Assembly (NCBI GenBank): GCA_002269645.1
Contig: NIVC01001195.1
Span: 62,001-126,000 of the forward strand
Source: Macrostomum lignano
Taxonomy: Eukaryota
DNA length: 64,000 nt
Reading direction: 5' to 3'
This document shows positions 42,001 to 54,000 of this stretch, one piece after another (position 1 is the first letter of the stretch; each line of letters opens with the position of its first letter). The notes beneath the pieces were generated by a model that searched no databases, was not told where the DNA came from, and saw only the letters and a list, made by a program, of their open reading frames with translations. Made by a program: the position numbers and the translations under genes.

Positions 42001-45000
42001 ATCGAATGCTTCACCAGAAGCGGGAGCCGAAACCAGCAGCTGCAGTGACGAGAGGCGGCGAAGGAGAGGCACGAAAACCCGCGGAGGACATATCAGCGGC
42101 GACGAAGAAGGAGCGCACTATGCTGGCCGAAGTCGTAAAGGAAACTGCGTTGAGGACGGTGCCGGTAATATTGGTGGCTGGTGAGCGCCAAGTTCGGATC
42201 AACGCGTTGCTTGATGATGCGAGTACGCGCACGTACCTCAATGCGGACGTAGCAGCAGAGCTGGGACTCGAAGGTAAACTTCAGCGCATAAACGTTAAGG
42301 TGCTCAACGGAGGAGTCGAGTCGTTTGAAACAGCGCCTGTAGAAGTGACAGTCCGGAGTGTCGATGCAGCGTTTGAGACAAAAATTGTTGCTTTCACAGC
42401 GGAGAAAGTAACCGGCGGAATGAAGGCAGTTGATTGGAGTCAACTGGCGGAGCACTGGGCGCATCTGAGAGGCATTCCGTTTGAGTCAACATCAAGCCGG
42501 AAAACGGTTGACATGCTTATCGGTGTCGACAATGCTGAGATGCATCTGGCTTGCAAAGAAGTCTGTGGAATGCCAGGGGAACCAATAGCTCGACTGACTC
42601 CTATTGGATGGACCTGCATCGGGCAGTTAGGTTCGGATGAGGGAAGCAGCAAGAGCGGGGAATCGTTCCTCTGCCACGAGTGTCAAGATCAGGTCGACAG
42701 TCAGGTTCGAAGGTTGTGGGCGATCGAGGAAGTTCCTGATGTAGCTGAGCTGAACCGCGAAAGAGGGACGTTAACAGCGGATGAGCAGCGTGCTGTGGCG
42801 GTAGTCAAGGAGTCGATGTCGGTGGTGGAAGGAAGATATCAGGTAGCCATTCCATCGAAGTCTCAAAATCGTGCTCTGCCGAGCAATCGTGAAGCTGCGG
42901 AACGCAGACTGATCAGCACGGAGAAGCGACTGCAGAGGAGTGAAGGATTGCCAAAAGCGTATCAGGAGGTGTTGGAAGGTCAGTTGGAAAAAGGTTATCT
43001 CAAGAAGGTCGAAGACAGCAGTGAGCTTCAAAACACCGAATGGTACCTGCCGCATTTTCCGGTAATCAGAGAAGACAAGGACACCACCAAGGTCCGTATC
43101 GTGTTTGACGCTTCCGACTGTGTTCCGACATCGGTTGACGGAGATCAAGAAGTTCAGCGAGACGCGAGCAAGAGTAGTAAATCGGCGGCCGTAACTCTGC
43201 TGTCGAACGACACCACAGACAACGATTGGCGTTTGAATCCAGAGCGATTTTCGAGCTACCGCAGGCTGCGTAGCGTGACAGCATGGGTTCAGCGCTTCAT
43301 CAGTAATTGCCGACTTCCGCGAGATGAGAGACGACTTGGTGACCTCGAAGTCGAGGAGCTGCAAGAAGCTGAGGATCGAATCCTACGCGTGGCTCAGGAA
43401 GAAGCTTTCAAAGCAGAAGTTCAGCAGGTGCGTAGGGGAAGGCCAGTCTCCTCCAGCAGTCAGCTCCGCTGTCTCCAACCATTTCTTGATGAGGACGGAC
43501 TGCTGCGAGTGGACGGAAGACTGAAGTTCGACCAGAATCTGTCATATCAGTCCAAGCATCCGGTCATTCTGCCGAGGCGAAGTTGGGTCACGAAGTTGTT
43601 GGTGAAGCACTATCACGAAGATCAAGGACATGGCGGAACAAACCAGACGCTGGCAGCGATGTCGACGAAGTTTTGGGTGATCGGTGGGCGCGAAGCCATT
43701 CGAGAATGGGAGAGGGAGTGCGCGCGATGCAGAAGGCAAAAAGCAGGACCGGAGGTGCAGCAGATGGCGCCGCTGCCAGAGGCCAGGCTGAAGAACTCTC
43801 TCCGAGCGTTCAGCTTTGTGGCAGTCGACTTCGGTGGTCCGTTTGAAACGGTACAAGGGCGCGGAAGACGGCGAACGAAGAGAGGCCGGCCACTCGAAGT
43901 TTACTCGGACAACGGCGGCAACTTTGTCAAAGGCGAGCGAGAACTACGAGAATTCGAAAACGAGCAGCAGAACAAAATCCAGAGAGCGGCAGCTGAGCGC
44001 GGCATCAAGTGGCGCTTCCAGCCTCCGTCGGCGCCCCATTTCGGCGGCGCCCACGAAGTTATGGTTCGCGCCGCTAAGCGAGCTGTGCGCGCCATCCTTA
44101 GCAACGCTGACATCACCGACGAAGAGCTGCATTCCACCTTCACCGGTGCGGAAGCGCTTATCAATTCCAGGCCGTTGACATACCAAACCGCAAGCCCAAA
44201 GGACGACACGCCGTTGACGCCAAACCATTTCTTGCATGGACAGCTGGGTGGTGACTTTGCTACGGAAGTCTCGACCGAGGTCAGCCGCGACCCGCGCCGG
44301 CGGTGGCGACGTGTCCAAGAGCTGGTGCGGCACTTCTGGCACCGATGGCTGCGTGAGCGGGTGCCAAGACTCAATGCCAGATCCAAGTGGGTCAAGGAGC
44401 AGCCGGATCTCGCCGTCGGCGACATCGTCTTGGCGCTACGAGCGGATGCGCCTCGAGGACACTGGCCGCTCGGGCGAGTTCTCGAGGTATTTCCTGGACG
44501 AGACGGCCATGTGCGCGTGGCCAAGGTGCGGACTGGCGGTGGGACAGTGCTGCGACCCGTGACGAAGTTGTGTCTGCTGCAGCGAGGTGAACAGTGACTG
44601 TTGACTTATTGTTAAAATGGACTTTTCGATGCTAAACAAAACTTTTCAAATATGTAGTTTTTTGACGGCTAGTTTATGGTGTTTGGAATTATTTATCTTT
44701 TTCGTGTCATTATTTGCCGTTTTTTGCTCCTAATAGCTGAAGTGGTGATGGATTGCTTATTTTTGCGTATTTTGTGTTTTTTTATTTTGAGTAAAAAGAC
44801 TTTGTTGCTTGCTTGAATGCGAGTTCTTTTGGCAGATTTTGTGCTTTGATTTCTTCATATGTTTACAGTAGGGATTATTTAAGTTTTCAAGACATTTTTA
44901 TCCCGTGTTATTTCACTAATTATCGTTTGAGCAGTCTTTGAGTTCGTTTGTGTTCGTTTTTTAGTAGAGATTTTTGTGTTGGCTAGCGACGGAAGTCAAG

Positions 45001-48000
45001 GGTTATATTTAACTATTTTTGAGCCCAATTAACACTTCACATTGCATGCATTCGTATTGTTACTCTCTGCTTTCGCGCTATTCATTTTTTTTGGTTACAG
45101 AACTTTACTGTTTTTTTTTCAAATTATGCTTGCAACCGTTTCAATTGCACAATTGCACCTTTTTCAATTAATTGTACCTAAGTTTCTGGGAGGCGATTTT
45201 TTTCTGCTTTTTTGCTGATTGGCCCCAATCAGGAAGGGGGGAATGTTCTGGAGGTTCGTTTTTTTTGTCAATTTTTTTGGGTTTTTACTTATTTAATTGT
45301 ACATGTATTTTCTCTTTATTTAATGTACATGAGCCAACCCCCCTCGATTTGCTAACCCCACCCCACGTTAAATAATAATTAAAAAGGGCGTGATTTTTGG
45401 TCAGCGTGTTTTTTGCTAGGTACTTGGTTGTTTTGTTTTGCCTGCGCGAGAACGCAGAGGTATTGAAGCCTACAAGCATTCGATTTTTGCCTACTTAGTT
45501 ATTTTTCGGTTTCGAAGAGTTAGTCGATTTAACACAGGAAGGGTTCCAATGGTTTCTCAGGACGGGTTCCAATGGTCACTCAGGACGGGTTCCAATGGTC
45601 ACTCAGGAAGGGTTCCAATGGTCACTCAGGAAGGGTTCCAATGGTCACTCAGGAAGGGTTCCAGTGGTTGCTTGGACGCGAATTCAGCGGTGACATCAAA
45701 GGCCCCCAGAGCAGGCAGCCAGGTCAGCCGGACTCACGCGGAATCGGGTAGGCGAAGCGGTCGGGCGCGGACTGGATCAGCGTGTTCTTGATGTGTCGCC
45801 TGCCAACGCCGTGGGCGCCAAGCAGCACCAGCGTCTTCCTGCGGAAGTTGGTGAGCTGCACCACCTCCTCGTACGTGACCATCTCCAGCTGGTCGTAGGC
45901 CGCGGCCGCGAACTGCTGCTGCTTGCCGGCCATGCCGGCGCCGCCGCGCTGTTTAGTGCCAGATTTGGCGCCCTGGCGCCGACCAAACGAGAAGAGGCCG
46001 GCGCCGCAGTTCACGGGGTCCTTCTTTGATCGTTCGATCGCGGTGCAGGCGGCGCGCCATTCCTGCAGCTCGGGCGACGGAATCATGCTGGCCGGCGTGT
46101 TGCTGGGGGCGTTCCAGGCCCGGGCCTGGGGGCGGTGGGTTACGTGGGCCAAGTGTATCAATTGTGTCAAAGGTCACATGGGTTAAGTGTGTCAAAGGTG
46201 ACGTTGGTCAAGTGTGTCAAAGGTCACATGGGTCAAGTGTGTCAAAGGTCACGTGGGTCAGGTGTGTCAAAAGACATCTGGGTCAAGTGAGTCAAAGGTC
46301 ACATGGGTCAAGTGTGTCAAAGATCACATGGGTCAAGTGGGTCAAGGTCACATGGGTCAAGTAGGTCAAAGGTCACATGGGTCAAGTGAGTCAAAGGTCA
46401 CATGAGTCAAGTGTGTCAAAGATCACATGGGTCAAGTGGGTCAAAGGTCACGTGGGTCAGGTGTGTCAAAAGTCATCTGGGTCAAGTGAGTCAAAAGTCA
46501 CATGGGTCAAGTGTGTCAAAGGTCACATGGGTCAAGTGGGTCAAGGTCACATGGGTCAAGTGGGTCAAAGGTCACATGGGTCAAGTGAGTCAAAGGTCAC
46601 ATTGGTTAAGTGTGTAAAGGTCACATGGGTCAAGTGTGTCAAAGATCACATGGGTCAAGTGTGTAAAGGTCACATGGGTCAAGTGTGTCAAAGGTCACAT
46701 GGGTCAAGTGGGTCAAAGGTCACACATGGGTCAAGTGAGTGTAATAAGTCAAGATTAAATTAAAAAAATGCGCAAACCAGGATGAAGGGCATAACTCAAG
46801 GGCAAGGCCGGTCAAGGGCTTCCAGAAGGTCAATCTTACCTGCCACCAATGATGGTCGTCTTTGCTGATGACTTGCAGGATGTCGCCAACCCGGAAGCGG
46901 ATGCCGGCCTGAGGACACGGGTGCAGCTCGTCCTCGTCGGGATTGTAGTTGAACATGGCCTTCACGTAGATCTGGTGGGCGGTAGGTGTGGGCTTGGCTA
47001 ATATGAACGGATGCACGCTAACATTGCTACTGACACTTAGACTGTAAGTAGACAAAACGGTGGTTAAAAATTTATTAAAAATCATTCAGTTCACATATTA
47101 TTCAAACCAGAAAGGAGCACTGATCACATTTGCAAGCTAACTAGCACTATTAAAGTAACATTAATGTTGCTACTAATTAGTCAACTTAAGTCTATGACAT
47201 TAAAAAAGGTTTAAAAAACTAACATATTGGAAATGAACAGCAGAATTTCATGTTTATGCGCAGATGGGCGACATTTATAATGCATGAATTTAGTAGCACT
47301 ACAATCATGAAGTGATATGGGAAGCTGGCCCAGCACCTGAGGATCTGGGAGGCTGGCCCACCAACTGAGGATCTGGGAGGCTGGCCCAGCAACTGAGGAT
47401 CTGGGAGGCTGGCCCACCAACTGAGGATCTGGGAGGCTGGCCCAGCAACTGAGGATCTGGGAGGCTGGCCCACCAACTGAGGATCTGCGAGGCTGGCCCA
47501 GCAACTGAGGATCTGGGAAGCTGGCCCACCAACTGAGGATCTGGGAGGCTGGCCCAGCAACTGAGGATCTGGGAGGCTGGCCCACCAACTGAGGATCTGC
47601 GAGGCTGGCCCAGCAACTGAGGATCTGGGAAGCTGGCCCACCAACTGAGGATCTGGGAGGCTGGCCCAGCAACTGAGGATCTGGGAGGCTGGCCCAGCAA
47701 CTAAGGATCTGGGAGAGTGCCCAGTCGGTAAACACAGGACTGTGTATTCATGCACAGATGGGCGAGCCTGATCTCGAACCCTGATTCTTACAGATTCCGG
47801 GACAGAAAAATTACAGAATATACAGTCTTCGTGAATTATACGATCGGGAATTTTGATGGGAAAACTAGATCAATTCACGTGATTTAATGCTGTTTAGTAT
47901 AAAAGAAAATCGAACTTAGTGCAGGGCTGTAAGATTTAGCAATTAAAAAATAGAAATATCCAAATCAACTTAAAAATTGGAATGGTCAATCAGAGGTCGC

Positions 48001-51000
48001 ACAACAGAAGCCAATAAGCGAGCAAGTTTTTCATAATCATAAATTTCAACACGCGATTGAAGGAGTTGATAAATGAAAGACTGAATTTTGTGGATCTATG
48101 AACGAGTCGGTGATTAGGCAAATGAGTGAACCCGTGAATTAATGTATCCATGAATGACTGAACCCATGAATGAGTGAAGCCGTGAATTAATGTATCCATG
48201 AATGACTGAACACATGAATGAGTGAAGCCGTGAATGAATGTATTAGTGAATGAGTGAACCCATAAATGAATGAACTCGTGAATGAATGCATCCGTGAATA
48301 AATCAGTGAAATCGTGAATGAATGCATCCGTGAATGAGTGAACCCGTGAATGAATGCATCCGTGAATGAATGTATTAGTGAATGAATGCATCCGTGAATG
48401 AGTGAATTCGTGAATGAATGCATCCGTGAATGAGTGAACCCGTGAATGAATGCATCCGTGAATGAATGTATTAGTGAATGAATGCATCCGTGAATGAGTG
48501 AATTCGTGAATGAATGCATCCGTGAATGAGTGAACCCGTGAATGAATGCATCCGTGAATGAATGTATTAGTGAATGAATGCATCCGTGAATGAGTGAAAT
48601 CGTGAATGAATGCATCCGTGAATGAGTGAACCCGTGAATGAATGCATCCGTGAATGAATGTATTAGTGAATGAATGCATCCGTGAATGAGTGAATTCGTG
48701 AATGAATGCATCCGTGAATGAGTGAACCCGTGAATGAATGCATCCGTGAATGAATGTATTAGTGAATGAATGCATCCGTGAATGAGTGAATTCGTGAATG
48801 AATGCATCCGTGAATGAGTGAACCCGTGAATGAATGTATTAGTGAATGAATGCATCCGTGAATGAGTGAAATCGTGAATGAATGCATCCGTGAATGAGTG
48901 AACCCGTGAATGAATGCATCCGTGAATGAATGTATTAGTGAATGAGTGAACCCATGAATGAATGCATCCGTAATGAGTGAATTCGTGAATGAATGCATCC
49001 GTGAATGAGTGAATCAGTGAATGAGGTGAATGAGTGAATCCATAATGAGTGAATTCGTGAGTGAATGCACCCGTGAATGTGATGGAATCCATGATTGCTG
49101 GTATACCTCGCACTGCATTGGGTGATTTCGGTAGCTGGGTACAATTTTCAAAGTGACGCTGCCCCGAGCCTCTTTCTGAAATGTGTTTAGAAAATTAAAG
49201 TAATAAGCCTGCGATTCACGACTCGATTGCATCTAAGAACTGAGCAGGGTCGCCTGCTGTTGCGGGAGCACTCCGATTAGCCAATAGGAAAATTGATTTC
49301 TTAGAAAAAGCGCAGTGTGGGAGAATAAACTAGAAAATATAGGCAATACTTGTAAATTATTAAAACAGCACTGCCTTCGACCGATTTCACTGAGCTTGAT
49401 CGCATGTACATAATTTATGCACATTCCACACGATAATGCGCATGCTATATGTGTACAATGAAAATAACTTGTATACTGTCTATGATAATGCATACTTGTA
49501 TGTACATTGCTCATGATAATGTGTACAGTGCATGTACATTGCTCATGATTATGTGTACAGTGCACGTACATTGCTCATGATTATGTGTACAGGACATGTA
49601 CATTGCTCATGATTATGTGTACAGGACATGTACATTGCTCATGATTATGTGTACAGTGCACGTACATTGCTCATGATTATGTGTACAGGACATGTACATT
49701 GCTCATGATTATGTGTACAGTGCATGTACATTGCTCATGATAATGTATACAGTGCATGTACATTGCTCATGGTATTGTGTACAGTGCATGTACATTGCTC
49801 ATGATAATGTGTACAGGACATGCACATTGCTCATGATTATGTGTACAATGCGTGCACATTGCTCATGACAATGTGTACAGGACATGCACATTGCTCATGA
49901 TTATGTGTACAGGACATGTACATTGCTCATGATTATGTGTACAGTGAATGTACATTGCTCATGATAATGTGTACAGTGCATGTACATTGCTCATGATTAT
50001 GTGTACAATGCGTGCACATTGCTCATGATTATGTGTACAGGACATGTACATTGCTCATGACAATGTGTACAGGACATGTAAATTGCTCATGATTATGTGT
50101 ACAGTGAATGTACATTGCTCATGATAATGTGTACAGGACATGCACATTGCTCATGATTATGTGTACAATGCGTGCACATTGCTCATGATTATGTGTACGG
50201 GACATGCAAATCGCTCATGACAATATGTACAAAATTCATATCAGCAGTCGAAGATAAACAAACCATAATCAGAGCAAGTGAATTAAAAATGCTTTACAAA
50301 ATGGAACAATGCACCAAAAGCCAAACACACTTATAATTATTATCAATAAGGTGAGATATAAATTAACTAAATGATAAACTCTAACCATAGCCCAATGTTA
50401 AGAGCAGTGGGGATAGAGTGCACTCAGAACCGTGACTAGGATAAATAAGATAATGATTTTATATTAGTGAGTGACATAAACATTCTGTGAGACTTTAATA
50501 ACCAAAATCATATCAGGAGTCACTGGTTATTAAAGTGAATATAAAGTAGAAATTTATTGAAGCAGCTATAGAATAAATTTTCATTGCTGCAGTGCTGAAT
50601 GCAAAAGCCATTCCATCGGAGACTGCGGAGTCCCATTGCACAGCTTCAGCATCTGCCGTAGCAATTGTAAGCCAACTACATCACCAGCAGCTGGACAAAG
50701 ATGCTAATTGCACTCACAGCTGCATCATCCATTGGTTACTCACCTTGTGCTGTCCACCTGCTCTGATTTCCCCTCTCTGTCTACTGTCTCCCTACCCTGT
50801 CTACCTCATCCCTCCAGTCTACTCTCATACCACCTGTCTACCTCTCTACCTCACCTGTCCACCTCTCTACCTCACCTGGCTACCTCTCTACCTCACCTGT
50901 CTACTTCTCTACCTCACCTGTCTACTTCTCTACCTCACCTGTCCACCTCTCTACCTCACCTGGCTACCTCTCTACCTCACCTGTCTACTTCTCTACCTCA

Positions 51001-54000
51001 CCTGTCTACCTCTCTACCTCACCTGTCCACCTCTCTACCTCACCTGGCTACCTCTCTACCTCACCTGTCTACTTCTCTACCTCACCTGTCTACTTCTCTA
51101 CCTCACCTGTCCACCTCTCTACCTCACCTGTCCACCTCTCTACCTCACCTGGCTACCTCTCTACCTCACCTGTCTACTTCTCTACCTCACCTGTCTACTT
51201 CTCTACCTCACCTGTCTACTTCTCTACCTCACCTGTCCACCTCTCTACCTCACCTGTCCACCTCTCTACCTAACCTGGCTACCTCTCTACCTCACCTGTC
51301 CACCTCTCTACCTCACCTGTCTACTTCTCTACCTCACCTGTCTACCTCTCTACCTCACCTGTCCACCTCTCTACCTCACCTGGCTACCTCTCTACCTCAC
51401 CTGTCTACTTCTCTACCTCACCTGTCTACTTCTCTACCTCACCTGTCTACTTCTCTACCTCACCTGTCCACCTCTCTACCTCACCTGGCTACCTCTCTAC
51501 CTCACCTGTCTACTTCTAACACACCTGTCTACGCTCATCTCACCTGTCTACTCTCCTCGCACTTATCTACTCTAATCTGACCTGTCTACTCCCCCCCCAC
51601 ACAGACCTCTCATACACAGTAGCACACCAACCCGCACAAAGAAATCACCAAGTTTACCTCCTTGAACGATTGGCACACTGTCTTAGGCGCGCAAAGGCTT
51701 GGCACAATTTTTATTGTCACCATGCCGCGTAGAGATTTCTGCGAATTTAATAAACACGATAGATAATAGCCTGTAGGTCAATGCTCCGGACACGCTACTG
51801 ACAGTAGACAAAACAGCATATGTCAGAGACATACTGCAGAAAATTAATATTTTCATTATTATAAATGAAACTGAGGTGAATGACTGAATCGGAGTGCTCT
51901 AATAAAGCTAATCTGACACAACCACATGTAAAGCAAAATAACACAAGCATTTAGGGGCCAAAACTCACCAGCAGTCGCTGCAGAGCCTCAACGGACTGGC
52001 CAAGCACCGGCTCGCCATTGATTTCTCGAATCTCGTCGCCAACATGAAGCGTGCCTTGAAAATATTTTATAATAAAAACATCATAGAATTCGCAGACATC
52101 TTAGTTACGCTACTTAAAAGTAGAAATGCACGTTTCTTTAAATGTTATAAGATATAAAAAACCTAAAAGTTTATTGCCTTTATGCTGTTGCCTGGATAGT
52201 GACTAATTAAGATTGGAATTACGAAAATCAGGAATCGGTGAATATGGGAGTCAGTGGAGATGAGGGATTCGTGAATATGGGAGTCCGTGAAGATAGCGAA
52301 TCAGGGATCCCTGAAGATATGGAGGAATCCATGAAGATTAAAGATCCGCGAAGATTGAGGATCCGTGAAGATTAAGGATCCATGAAGATTGAGGATCCGT
52401 GAAGATTGAGGATCCACGAAGATTGAGGATCCGTGAAGATTAAGGATTTGTGAAGATTAAGGATCCATGAAGATTAAGGATCCATGAAGATTGAGGATCC
52501 GTGAAGATTAAGGATCCATGAAGATTGAGGATCCGTGAAGATTAAGGATCCATAAAGATTGAGGATCCGTGAAGATTAAGGATCCATGAAGATTGAGGAT
52601 CCGTGAAGATGGGGATCCGTGAAGTTGGGGATCCGTGAAGATGGGGATCCATGAAGATGGGGATCCGTGAAGTTGGGGATCCGTGAAGATGGGGATCCAT
52701 GAAGATTAAGGATCCGTGAAGTTGGGGATCCGTGAAGATGGGGATCCGTGAAGATGGGGATCCATGAAGATTGAGGATCCGTGAAGATGGGGATCCGTGA
52801 AGATGGGGATCCATGAAGATGGGGATCCGTGAAGTTGGGGATCCATGAAGATGGGGATCCGTGAAGATTGAGGATCCGTGAAGATTGAGGATCCGTGAAG
52901 ATAAAGGATCCATGAAGATTGAGGATCCGTGAAGATGGGGATCCGTGAAGTTGGGGATCCGTGAAGATGGGGATCCATGAAGATGGGGATCCATGAAGAT
53001 TAAGGATCCGTGAAGATGGGGATCCGTGAAGATGGGGATCCGTGAAGATGGGGATCCATGAAGATGGGGATCCGTGAAGTTGGGGATCCATGAAGATGGG
53101 GATCCGTGAAGTTGGGGATCCGTGAAGATGGGGATCCGTGAAGATTGAGGATCCGTGAAGATTGAGGATCCGTGAAGATTAAGGATCCATGAAGATTGAG
53201 GATCCGTGAAGATGGGGATCCGTGAAGTTGGGGATCCGTGAAGATGGGGATCCATGAAGATGGGGATCCGTGAAGTTGGGGATCCGTGAAGATGGGGATC
53301 CATGAAGATGGGGATCCGTGAAGATGGGGATCCGTGAAGATGGGGATCCATGAAGATGGGGATCCGTGAAGATGGGGATCCGTGAAGATGGGGATCCGTG
53401 AAGATGGGGATCCATGAAGATGGGGATCCGTGAAGTTGGGGATCCGTGAAGATGGGATCCGTGAAGATCGGGATCCGAGAAGATTGAGGATCCGTGAAGT
53501 TGGGGATCCATGAAGATGGGGATCCGTGAAGATTAAGGATCCGTGAAGATGGGGATCCGCGAAGATTAAGGATCTCTAAAGATAGAGGATCCGTGAAGAT
53601 TAAGGATCCGTGAAGATTAAGGATCCGTGAAGATGGGGATCCGAGAAGATTGAGGATCCGTGGAGTTGGGGATCCGAGAAGATTGAGGATCCGTGAAGTT
53701 GGGGATCCATGAAGATGGGGATCCGTGAAGATGGGGATACGTGAAGTTGGGGATCCATGAAGATGGGGACCCGTAAATTCGGATTCCAAAATCAAACGTC
53801 AATTTGCAGGATTTGAACCCCCTGCACTGCACAATCTAAACCTGTGAACGGCAGTCTTACCCTGCCTGTGAATCATGCCGCCGTGCATAATCCTGGCCAC
53901 GATAATCTTGTTCTCCTCGGACATTTTCAGCGTGATGCCCTGCGCAGTGGAGAGGGGTGAGCTGGTAAATGCGGTGCAGCAATCATGGCTAATGCGCTTT

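Larger units (their letters stand above)
39950..45534 (+). mobile_element. BEL/Pao LTR retroelement, internally deleted (no RT core or RNase H), recent insertion, antisense in a CASK intron
   Basis: TG...CA LTRs at 39950-40240 and 45244-45534; CAGGA on both flanks (39945-39949, 45535-45539); PBS; PPT; BEL-type Gag, protease and integrase ORF. Confidence 0.95.

Noticed and set aside
40197-44639. Overlapping and antisense ORFs inside the retroelement (e.g. 40197-40718, 43901-44524)
   Set aside because: Shadows of the GC-rich polyprotein frame; no recognisable motifs.
44598-45230. Possible env-like third ORF in the ~630-nt region before the PPT
   Set aside because: AT-rich with frequent stops; no ORF of useful length.
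50590-50760. Extra CASK micro-exons suggested by GTGAGT donors at ~50728 and ~50752
   Set aside because: The flanking exons already join in frame as LQRLL|[10 protein letters not shown], matching CASK colinearly; no convincing acceptor or coding signal.
47750-53830. Isolated B-box-like words (GGTTCGAGATC near 47780, GGTTCAAATCC near 53810; also 3347)
   Set aside because: No paired A box or SINE body recognisable; could be chance or very decayed remnants.
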